A DNA stretch of 64,000 bases from Mobula birostris (taxonomy: Eukaryota): contig NC_092371.1 in assembly GCF_030028105.1 (NCBI RefSeq), forward strand, positions 14,281,884 to 14,345,883, read 5' to 3'. Under the pieces are notes generated by a model. It was not told where the DNA came from and did not search any database. It was given only the letters and a program-made list of their open reading frames with translations. Below, piece by piece: positions 46,101-56,980 of this stretch. A program made the translations under genes and the position numbers. Every line of letters begins with the position of its first letter. Positions within the stretch are counted from its first letter, which is position 1.

Positions 46101-49100
46101 GATGGAAATCCAAACTCCGACTCCCTGAAGTGTAATAGCGTCGTGCTAAACGCTCTGCTTCCGCGGCGCCGGTAAGTGTATCCATAAACCTATACAGAGG
46201 AGGGGTGGGAGATTTAGAGAAGGCCTGAAGAAGGATATATCCCTCCGAGGGGAGTTGGGATCTCACTCCCTGTGGGGTAGCGATGCAACTACTCGCTCAG
46301 TTATGTAGACGAACTATTACAGACAGAGGGCCTTGTAAACTAGGATTAGCACAGATATGTACTTGACCGCAGAAGATGACCAGAATAGCCTGTTTTTGAA
46401 ACCGTGATTAAAATTGGCCATCCAATTAATACAGCGGTGTTGTGTTTTCCGCATTCAGCACAGCCTCCCACGATATATCTGTTAGCGCCGCAAGCCGATG
46501 AAATTCACCGGATGGAACTGGTGACCTTGATGTGTTTGGTGAGAGGCGTGTCTTCCGATTCCCTGAACATCCACTGGAACATATCGGGAAATACCGTAGA
46601 AGGTCTCGTTGATCCCCCGATATTTGATCCGGACGGAGGCTACAGCGTTAGCAGCCGCTTCCAGATCCCGGCGGAAAGTTGGCGTAGCGGCACCGTCTGC
46701 ACTTGCGCCACTGGGCATCTGGTCAGTGACAGTGTCTCCACTCAGAAAGGTATAGTAGAAACTAGTGATTCCCTTCAGCTTTATTACGAGAGGCCATTCG
46801 GCTCTCTGTGTTTATGCCTAGTATCGAGCTAAATCCCGCTCTCCAGCGCTGTCTCCGTGGCCCTAATGGCTCAACTGTCACATTCAAGCACTGCGTAAAT
46901 GTGCGCAGAGCTTCTCCCCGCTCACCGATCATTGGAACTCTCACCGCTCTCCGGGTGAAGCCCTTTCCCTCAGTTCCTTCATCATTACTCCAAACTTACT
47001 TTAAATGGGCACCTCTTGGTTTGGCCGCTCTGCTAAGGGAAATGCTCGGAATCAGAATGAGAATCAGATTAATAATCATTGACTTTTTATTCATAATAAT
47101 TAATTTTTATTTCCTCAAAATACAAAGTACATTTATTATCAAAGTAAGTATACGTCACGATATACTGCATTGAGATCACAGACATTCACAGTAGAACAAG
47201 AAAGAAATACAGCAGAATTTGTGAAAAACTATGAATAACGAGGACTGACAAACAACCGATGTACAAACGAAGTCAAATTGTACAAATAATAAATAAGTTC
47301 ATAAATAATACTGAGTTGTAGAGCCCTTGAAAGTACTCATCTCCCGACACACGACTCCGATAAATTTTGGATAGATAACCTTTAATTGTTACATGTACAT
47401 CGAAAAATACAGTGAACTGCGTCTTTTCCGTCTAATCAAATCAGCGAGGTGTGCTGGGGCAGCCCGTATGTGCCGCCATGCTTCCGGCGGCAGTATAGCA
47501 TGCCCGTAACTCACTATCACAAACCCTACGTCCTTGGAATGTGGGGGCAAACCGGAGAACCCGGAGGAAATCCACGGGGTTACCGGGAGAATGAATAATC
47601 TCTTTACAAAGCAGCAGAAATCGAGCCTCGATCTTTCAGCCGGCACCGTAAGTCGTTTCGCTAACCGATACGTTATCGCACGGCCCTATAAATTTCCCCA
47701 TAGTCACCTCAGAATTTATACAATGGGAGAAACCGGTTACAAGACACGCAGTCGTTCATTCAGCTCATCACAAGACATAAGCAGTTCAGGCCCGAAAATG
47801 ACGCATTCACCGCCGACTCTCTGCTGGTTAACCATTTCCCTCTTCAGGCCAATACACCGCTTCGCAACGCTAGGCGCGCTTAACTTGTGAGCTACCTGTG
47901 ACAGAAGGAACATTTGTGAACATGTGCGACCTTGCAGGTTCCAGTTCGCCTTTACCCATCATATTTGCTATGATCTCAAAAGTTAGTTAAATTTCAAACT
48001 CAAACCAAGTAACCGCCCTGGCCCGGACGTATATCTCTATGGGCCCTTTGAACGGAGCTCTTGTACGATTTAGATAGGTACATGGATGAAAGGAAAATAG
48101 AGAACAATGTAGAAGGGGAGGATTACACTGATTTTAGAGTAAAATGGTCGGCAGAACATCGTTATGCCTGTACTGTGCTGTACAGATTTCCTTTCCGTGA
48201 TCTATTCATCTCAAAATCTAGTCGCCACGGCTCTTGCATCTTGTTTTCACCTACACGGCGCCTTCTCTGTAACTGCAATTCACCAATATCTCGTTTTGTG
48301 CTACTTGGTGTTTCATGTGCCGTACGATCTGTCTGGATGACAAACTTTTCACTGCATCTCGGTTTATGTGAGAATAATAAACCTGATACCAATTGCTATA
48401 AACTTCCAAGATTTATTATATTCCAAATTAGACCCCAGATACAAAGGTTGCAAGGTAAAGTGACCCATCAGATCACTTTCTATGACTTCCCCTCAGACTC
48501 TGACAATCCTCAATCTAGTGCTTGTTATTGACCGAGTCAGGTTTCGAGACACCCTGTACCAGACCTCTGGATCTTTGTATCCCCTTTAACCTCACCACAT
48601 AGAAACGGAAATCATACTTGCTTAGATTCTTTGTTGCCACATAGTTACCAGCTAGCCCTTCTTAACTGTGAGGCAGCGGGAATATCTGGTGGAATGCCAC
48701 ATGATCACGCAGAAACGTGCACACTTCACAGAGAGGACATTCGAGAGATGGATCGAAACCGTGTCCCTAGAGTCACGAGCTACTTTTACTGTAGAATGGA
48801 GCGAACATATCTGAGACAGAGCGACACACAGTGAATGACACTGGCCAGTACTCGAAGGATAATCAGAGACCGCCCTCCCCAGCCCTGAAATAAATGTTGT
48901 AGTAAGGTGCGTTAAAGCTATCGGTATCAACCTAGTGTCAGACTAGAGCAGAAGTGGAAGAAAATGTAAATGCCACCGGAAGCCCAAGTACCAGTATGGG
49001 GTTGTTGGGCCGAATGGTCACTTCCCGTGATGAGTAGGGAACCATTTGGATAGACTGCTGTAGATATCTGTCAGTATTTTCAGAAGGAACGAGATATTAG

Positions 49101-52100
49101 AATATAATACCACAAGACATAGTATTATTCAGCTCATCGAGTCTGTTCCGCTATTCCATCGTCGCTGCTTCACTATCCCCCTCAACCTTATTCTCCCTCC
49201 TTTTCCTGAAACCTCTGACGTTCTTGCTATTCGAGAAACCATTAATCTCCCCTTTAAATATATTAATTGTAAACTCCGCTAGCTCCATCATGGCCAACAC
49301 TCTCCTCAGTATCCAGGACACCTTCAAGAGGCCATGTTTCAAAAAGCGGCTTCTATCATTATGGACCCCATCACCCAGGACATGCCCTCTGCGCATGGCT
49401 TCTCTCAAGATGGAAATATAAGAGCCTGAAAACACACACTCGAAGTTTTAGGATGAGCTTCTTCCCCTCCGCCATCAGATATCTGATTGGACAATTAACC
49501 CATGAACACTACCTCACCATTTCCCTCTCTTTCTGCACTACATATTTAATTTGCAGACAGACAGACAGATAGTCAGACAGTCAGACACATACATATACTT
49601 TCTATTGTAATTTATAGTTTTGATTATTGTGCATTGCAATATACTGCTACAGCAAAACAGCAAGTCTCACGACAAATACCTGATTCTGATTCTGATAATA
49701 CCATGAATTTATTTACAATCTGTTGAGTAATTAGGACACATAGGCCAACAAATACAGATTGAAACTGATGGTAAATTACTTTCAATTGAAAGTCGATTCT
49801 ATGTTCTTCAGACAGCCTGCAGGCGCAACTCTGTCGTATGATTTCAATTGGCCTGGCGGCGACCTTCGTGTTACTTGCTGTAGGGACGACCACTGTGGCC
49901 ATTATGAAGTATCGGAAGGAACGCGAACCAGGTAACGTGCTGGCCTTAAACTTATCATGACCTGAACTTCTCGCCTAACGGTGAAAAATTCCTTTGAAGA
50001 AAAACTCACATTCAAACATCTCTTTCAATCAGTAAAAGGAGAAACGGCAAGCAAAAGCACCACCACCCGGCGAAAGGATCGAGAACGTGATGTAAGTACA
50101 CTCAATTTCAGGTACACCTGTAAACCTGCTCGTTAATGTGATACCCTGGTGTTTTCACGCACACCAGACTCTAGAACTTACAGAGGCTGGTCTAAAAAAA
50201 ACAAACAACATCCAGTGAGTGGCAGTGATTTGGACGAAAAGGACTTGTTAATGAGAGAGGTTGGAGGAGAATGGGCAGACTGGTTCAAGCTGACAGGAAG
50301 GCGGAAGTAACTTAAATCATCACGTATTACGACAATGGTGACAGAAGAGCGTCTCTGAGCGCACAAAGCGTCGAACTTTGAAGTGAATGGGCTACAACAG
50401 CAGAATACCACACCGGGTTCCACTCCTGTACCCGATAGTGAAATTTACAAGCAGGGAATTACTTTGCGCTTAGAATAGTACAACACGGGAACAGGTCCTT
50501 TAGCCTACGATGTGCTATTGAGCTAATTGAATCAGTAATCAAATACCCAACTACACTAATCACTTCCGCTTGAAGATGATCCATATTCTTCGATTGCCAG
50601 CACATCTATGTACCTATCGTAAAGCCTGTAGAACGGGTCTATCGTATTTGCCTCCACCAGCACCTTGGGCAGCGAATTCCCGGCGCTTACCATTTTCTGT
50701 GTTAAAAAGGGACCGGCACATCTCCTTTGAACTTACCCCAGTTTAGCTTAAACGCATGCCACGTTTCAACAATGTGGAATAGCGATACTGGCTACCTTTT
50801 CTGTCTGTGCCTCCAATAGTATGTAGATCTCTGTCAAATAGCCCCTCAGTCTCAGGGGTTCCAGAGAAAACAACCCAAGTTTGCTCAAGCTCAAGTTCAA
50901 GTTCAGTTTATTGTCATGTATATCGCCAAACGAAACAACGTTCCTCCGGACCAAGTTGCACAACGCAGTACATATAACTTACACACCACACATTAAGTAA
51001 TATAAACATAATAACCACAAATAAATTAAGATGTTCTCCATTCCAGACAGCATCTCAGAAAACTTCTTCAGCACTTTTTCCAAAGCCTTAACATCCTTCC
51101 TATAATTTAGATCGCCAAAATTGAATACAATGCTATCTGGAAAGTCTAACTGCTGTTTCTATTAATCTCCAACGTAATTTACCGACTTTGGAACTCATTT
51201 CCCTGACAGATAAAGGAAAGATTGCCATGTGCCTTCTGACCACCCTAACAAGCTGTGTCGTCACTTTCAGAGAGATACGGACTCAATTCCAAAATCCCTC
51301 TGTACGTCACGGGTGCTAAGGGTCTTGTCATCAATAGTGTACCATCCCTTTATAATGCAGCAGTTCCCATTTGGTGGGATTAAACTTCTCTGTCATTTTC
51401 CCGTATCTGCAACTGATCCGTATCCTTTGGCCGCCTTCTACACTGTCCACAACTTTGGTATCATCTGCAAACTTACTAACCCACCCATTTACATTTTCAT
51501 CCAGGTCATTTATATATATCACATATAGCTGAGGTCCCAGCGGAGATCCCTGCGGGAGACAGTCCTCCAGCTAGAATAAGTCCTTCTGTCTTCTATGAGC
51601 AAGCCAGTTCTGAATCCATCACAGAACCCATGTAATCTTAATTTCCGATTGAGCCTCCTATATGGGACTTTGTCAAACGCCTTACTATAATCCATGTGGA
51701 CAACATCCATAGCTCTCCCTACATGAAATCACCATCTCACTTCGTCAAACTTCTTAATCAAATTAGGAAGATACGACGTGCCCCGCACAAAGACAGGTTT
51801 TCCAAACGCTCATAAATCCGATCGTTAAGAATTATTTCCAGTAAATTCCCTACCACTGACGCGAGACTCACCGGTCTATAATTCCCAAGATTATCCCTAT
51901 TTCCTTTCAACAATAATGGAAAATTAGCGACGTACCAGTTCTCTGAGACATCACCTGCGGCTGGAGAGGACACTGAGACTCCAAGCCTCAAGCAATCTCA
52001 TCTCTTGCCCCACTCAATAACCCGGCGTATATTCTATCAAGACACCCACTTAATGTTCCTGAAGAGGCACAGTGATGCCTCATTCTTTTTTTTTCACAAT

Positions 52101-53857
52101 GCACAAGCAAATTCGTACCCTCCACACTGATCTCACCACCTTCCACATCTTTCTCCTTGATGTTAAGCACTGAACCACATACTTCACAAATATCCATATG
52201 TCCCCTCATTTTTCATTCATTTGTCCCACCCGCTCCTAGTTATCGTCTTGCTCTTGATGTATGGATAGAACCTCCCGGAATTTCACTTCAATCCGACTTC
52301 CCAATGACCTTCCATGGTCTTTTCTGGCCTTCCTCACCACTTCGAGTTAGCTTCTAGCTTCTTTATAATTCTTAAGGACTCTGACTGATTCTTTTTAGCT
52401 TTGCAAACCTTTTTTTTTAACCAGAAGATTCCCTTTCCTGCTGGACCAAATTCACTGCCTGTCTCGATACTTGCGCCCAAGCAGCTGCTCCCAGTTGACG
52501 TCCCGTAGTTTCTGTCCAATTTTCTCCAAATTTACCCTGCTCGAATTTAATGGTATTTATAATCAATGTTCTCACAGTGAAAAGTTAGTCACTAGGCCAA
52601 GCTCATTATCAAACTCCAGTTCAATTTCACCCCATCCTCTTTCTGGAACATCTGCACATTGATATAGAAACCATTTAGGATTCACCAAACAAATTTTGCA
52701 CTGTATAAATATCTTTCTTTAAGGAGATCCCACTTGATATTAGGGAGGTTAACGTAACCTGCAACAAAAGTGTTGTTTTTAGACCTTTGTGAAAAATTCA
52801 TTGTCTTAAAACTAATTACAGATAGGACAATATACAGAATGTAACACCAAACCATACACGATCATGTGAACCGTAGCTGGTCCCTCCCTGTCGGCGAGAG
52901 GTCTTTAACCGAGGAGGGGTCGGGTTTCCAGACCCGCAGCAGCGAATGTAGACACTGTTGGCGTTAGTCCGCAACAGCGGAGTGCGGGTATCTTGGGTAG
53001 TCGTGGAGTTGCGGAAGAAGAGAAAGAATACAACAGGGAATGGAATTGGACAGGGAATTTGAGGAGAATTCAGTTGTAGGGAAACAGCTTATAAAAGGAG
53101 TTACAGATCGGCGAGGAGATATAGGCTGGAGTGCGCTGCATTGATAAAGGGGTTAAGGATTTGGACGAATTACACAGATAGCGAAAGGTTTAGAAGGGTG
53201 ACACAGATAGAGGGTTTCGGGGCTGGAGGGATCAAACAGAGGGGTATACACGCTGGAGGGGTCTACGAGCTGAAGGAGTCACACGGAGTGTATGCGGGCC
53301 GGAGGGGGGGTCACACAGTGGGGTATGCGGGCTGGAGGGGTTACGCAAATAGACTGCTGTGCAGGTGCCTAAACAGTTACACAGAGAACAGTGCAGAGAC
53401 TGAAGGGAGTTAAATAGATAGGGAAGGGCATTTGTGCTGGTGGCGTTAGATGGGGAGGCAGACAGGGACGATATAAAGCCGAAAGAAACTGTATTCAAGG
53501 GACAACAAGTCGTCCATGGGCTGTAGGATATAATGGATATATTAGGTCCAGGACAGGATTGCACAGAGCAGGGACTGAAGAATAATATAGAAATTGGAAG
53601 GATATCACAGGGGCAGGTTCAGCGACCGAAAGAGAGGGTCCTGAGTTTTTTTGTTGGTTGTAATCAGGGAAATTAAAGGTGAATGAAACTCTTTGCTCCA
53701 GAATACCACATTCTTTTGATCTGGAATTAACGCGTGATTAAGTTGCCCCATACACGCAACCTGGCGAGGAGCGGTGCAGGGTGGGAATTGATACGGTAAC
53801 CAATCTCATGCCATTCCCTTACAGATCTACGCCCAGCTGGCGATTGATACGAACTGA
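40070..53857 (+). CDS. Non-rearranging antigen-receptor-like type I membrane protein (L-VJ-C1-TM-cyt), 290 aa; exons 40070-40112, 40804-41130, 46459-46749, 49812-49931, 50033-50091, 53825-53857
   Basis: All six exons have GT-AG boundaries with matching phases (1,1,1,1,0); they total 873 nt, 291 codons, with no internal stop; AATAAA at 54281. The last exon is the least certain. Confidence 0.85.
40804..41130 (+). CDS. V-set exon with built-in J motif
   Basis: ALFQSPP..VLNC..INWYKR..RFSG..YSLVIENVQRNDSGIYLCADQFYGEFGNGSKLVVT; acceptor TTTTTTTAG, donor G|GTAACT. Confidence 0.93.
42636..43995 (-). mobile_element. Young CR1 LINE RT fragment in the V-C1 intron
   Basis: [36 protein letters not shown]; closely similar to 59745-60798; GACCATAA-repeat tail. 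Confidence 0.9.
44615..45110 (-). mobile_element. CR1 LINE 3' end
   Basis: RRMRGDMIEVYKII..TRGHGFKVRG; (ACATAGA)n tail. Confidence 0.8.
46459..46749 (+). CDS. C1-set exon
   Basis: QPPTIYLLAP..VTLMCLVRG..IHW..GYSVSSRFQIPAESWRSGTVCTC; acceptor CATTCAG, donor G|GTATAG. Confidence 0.92.
49812..49931 (+). CDS. Stalk/transmembrane exon
   Basis: DSLQAQLCRMISIGLAATFVLLAVGTTTVAIMKYRKEREP: Cys, a roughly 23-residue hydrophobic span, then a basic stop-transfer; acceptor TTCTTCAG, donor G|GTAACG. Confidence 0.88.
50033..50091 (+). CDS. Cytoplasmic exon 1 (VKGETASKSTTTRRKDRERD)
   Basis: 101-nt intron, acceptor TCTTTCAATCAG, donor T|GTAAGT, open in the required phase. Confidence 0.8.
50099..50445. mobile_element. 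Tc1-like non-autonomous element
   Basis: TA|CACTC..AGGTACACCTG terminus; homologous to 3782-4320. Confidence 0.6.
50520..52680 (-). mobile_element. Decayed CR1 LINE fragments
   Basis: GNYRPVSLASVVG, DYSKAFDKVP, YINDLD..SKFADDTK. Confidence 0.8.
53825..53857 (+). CDS. Terminal cytoplasmic exon (IYAQLAIDTN*)
   Basis: Acceptor CCATTCCCTTACAG, phase 0, YxxL motif, TGA, AATAAA about 425 nt downstream. Confidence 0.65.
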   Translation: MYAQLAIDTN

Positions 53858-54280
53858 TCTGGAAAGGCAGAGTGAATATTATCCTCAGTGAACAACGAAA
53901 GATTTAGACCTTGTTTCGTTTGTGCGGAGCAAAAACAGCAACGGAGTAGTATGACTAAATGTTTTTCAAGAGTCGTTTTAGTAACGGCACAAACTGAGAA
54001 ATTTACGGTGCGGGAGCGGCAAACCGGACCCTCCGAGACGAAAACGTGCACACTCGAAAGAAAGCCCGCGCAGAGGTGGCGTAATTGTATCAAAAAAAGC
54101 CATCGATCGGCCGCATGCGCAGTTGTCATATTCCCGGATCTCTCCATCCAAAGCCTCAGTCAGAGCTCCCTCAGTCTCAGACCAATCGGTAATAATGAAC
54201 AACGGTTAATCTGTAGACCCATCCTTGATTATGTACAGTTTGCTACGATTAAAACTAACCCTTGTCCTAACTACTGCTTC

Positions 54281-54286
54281 AATAAA
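54281..54286 (+). promoter_or_regulatory. Probable polyadenylation signal of the VJ-C1-TM gene
   Basis: AATAAA at the end of unique sequence, just before a CR1 begins. Confidence 0.55.
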
Positions 54287-54835
54287 TTATAAAATGTCAC
54301 GAAATGTTAATTTTTTTTCTTGGTCATCGAAACGTCCAATTGATGGCGAGCCGCTTGTAGGTAATTGTCCAAAGGTTGATTGCACAATCACCGCTGGAGC
54401 CATGGATCCCGAATTCTCACTCCAGATCATGAGACGTTCCCAGTGGTGGTCCAGAAAGAGATTCTTTATGACAGGAGGTCAAGAAGATCCTAGAATTAAA
54501 TGTGTGGCACAAGGATTGGTGTGGGAGAAGTACGTTTGAATACATGGGAAATTGGTACCAGTAATGAGGAAGGAGGGAGCTCTACCAATGGGACAGACTC
54601 CACCTGAACCATGATGGGATCTGGATCCGAGCGAATCGCATAACTAGGGCTATGGATAGAGCTTTAAACTAAATAGTAGGAGCTGGGTTCAACAGATTGG
54701 AGAAGTAAAAGAGAAAAGTGTGGATAAAGAGAAAAAAGCATAAAAAAACAAAAAAAGGAAAAAGTAAGTTTGAAGTGGAGAAAACAGAAGTGCAAAAGAG
54801 CAAATGATTTAATGAGGAGTAAATGAAAAGAGTAA

Positions 54836-55858
54836 ATGAGGCTGGGAAGCATCATTTCTAGCACCCTGACAATCAGTACCGGTGCCCCCCAGGGATGTGT
54901 TCTCTCCCCGCTGCTCTTCTCCCTTTACACTAATGACTGCACCTCACAGGATCCATCTGTTAAACTCCTGAATTTTGCAGACGACACAACTGTCATTGGC
55001 CTTAACCGAGACGGTGATGAGTCTGCATACTGACGAGTGGTGGAACGGCTGGCCCTCTGGTGTGGTCAGAGCAATCTGGAGTTAAATACGCTCAAGACTG
55101 TGGAGATGATAGTGGACGTCAGGAGGAACCCCCCCAATACTCCCCCCACTCACTACACTCACCCGTATTGTGTCTGCTGTGGAGACCTTCAGGTTTCTGG
55201 GTGTCACAATCTTCCAGGACCTGAAGTGGACACCCAATGCGGACACCCTTACCAAAAAGGAAATACAACCTCTCAGCAGAGGTTGTATTTCCTACGTCAA
55301 CTCAGGAAGTACAACCTGCCTCAGGAGCTGCTGATTCAATTCTATTCAGGAATATTCCAGTCTGTTCTCTGTTCGTCCATCACTGTCTGGTTTGGATGAG
55401 CTACCAAACAAGACAAGAATAGACTCCAAAGAACCGTCAGGGCTGCGGAAAGGATTATTGGTGTGAAGCTGCCCCCGATCCAGGACTTGTATGCATCTAG
55501 AGCCAGGAAGCGAGCAAGCAGCATCATTGTAGACCCATCACACCCTGGACATCACCTGTTCCAACTCCTTCCTTCTGGTAGGCGCTTTAGATCACTGTAT
55601 GCCAGGACAAATAGGTACAAGAACAGTTTCTTTCCGTATGCAATCAATCTTATGAACACTTTAATTTTAGTCTGTTATGAATCAAGTCCACCTGTACATA
55701 CATAGGTACACCTCAATGTATATAATCACGATTATTTGCACTATTGTTTTGTTTGCTTTTTGATTCTGTACAGCGAGAGCTCAGGGAAATCGGCATCAAA
55801 TTCCCTGTATGTGTCCACATACTTGGCAATAATAAAGGATTCTGATTCTGATTCTGAT
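54836..55858 (+). mobile_element. Rex1/Babar-type LINE, 5'-truncated
   Basis: GAPQGCVLSPLLFSLYTNDC..FADDTTVIGL; QQRLYFLRQLRK; SFFPYAINLMN; AATAAA and a (GATTCT)n tail. Confidence 0.88.
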
Positions 55859-56177
55859 CACGAGATTTTAAAAGCGCAATGAGTGTAACGGCACTTGACT
55901 ATAATGTCCATAATAATCTTAAGAAGATCAGTAAGCTTGTGGTTGAAATCCGTACAAAGGGGTATTATTTAGCGGCCATTACAGAAACGTGGTTGCAGGG
56001 TGGAGAGGATTGGGAATTAAATATTCAAAGATATCAGGCAATACGGAAAGATAGGCAGGAAGGTAAGGGCTCTTAATTAAAGATGAGGGCAATAGTGAGA
56101 GACGATATAAGATCTAACGAGTAGAATGCTGAAATCATCTGGGTAGAGATTAAGAACAGTCAAGGGGAAAAATCACT

Positions 56178-56980
56178 CCCTACACGTCTCTTTTGTCCAT
56201 TCAACGCCCCCCCCCCATCCCTCCACACCGATCTCCCTCCCGGCACTTATCCTTGTAAGCGGAACAAGTGTTACACATTCCCTTACACTTTCTCCTTCAC
56301 TACCATTCAGGGCCCCAAACAGTCCTTCCAGGTGAGGCGACACTGCACCTGTGAGTCGACTGGGGTGATATACTGCGTCCGGGACTTCCAATGCGGCCTT
56401 CTATATATTGGGGAGACCCGATGCAGACTGGGAGACCGTTTCGCTGAACACCTATGCTCTGTCCGCCAGAGAAAGCAGGATCTCCCAGTGGCCACACTTT
56501 TTAATTCCACGTCCCATTCCCATTCTGATATGTCTATCCACGGCCTCCTCTACTGTAAAGATGAAGGCACGCTCAGGTTGGAGGAACAACACCCTATATT
56601 CCGACTGGGTAGCCTCCAACCTGATGGTATGAATATTGACTTCTCTAACTTCCGTTATTGCCCCACCTCCCCTCGTACCCCATCCGTTATTGCCCATCCT
56701 CCGGGCTTCCCTCCTCCCCACTTCTTTCGCCCTAGGCCTCCCGTCCCATGATCCTCTCATATCCCTTTTGCCAATCAACTGTCCAGCTGTTGGCTCCATC
56801 CCTCCCCCTCCTGTCTTCTCCTGTCATATTGGACCTCTCCCTCCCCCTCCCACTTTCAAATATCTTTCTAGCTCTTCTTTCAGTTAGTCCTGACGAAGGG
56901 ACGCGGCCCGAAACGTCGACTGCACCTCCTCCTATAGATGCTGCCTGACCTGCTGAGTTCACCAGCAACTTTTATGTGTG
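56178..56980 (+). mobile_element. Penelope-like element 3' part (GIY-YIG endonuclease and pLTR)
   Basis: GVIYCVRDFQCGLLYIGETRCRLGDRFAEH..FRLGSLQPDGMNIDFSNFR; TCACT duplicated on both sides. Confidence 0.9.

Noticed and set aside
47631-47655. AG-CCGGCACC-GTAAGT micro-exon in the C1-TM intron
   Set aside because: It lies in a SINE tail and its 8 nt would break the frame.
52822-52845. Possible extra cytoplasmic micro-exon (IGQYTE or DNIQN)
   Set aside because: Weak pyrimidine tract and donor; the gene model is complete without it.
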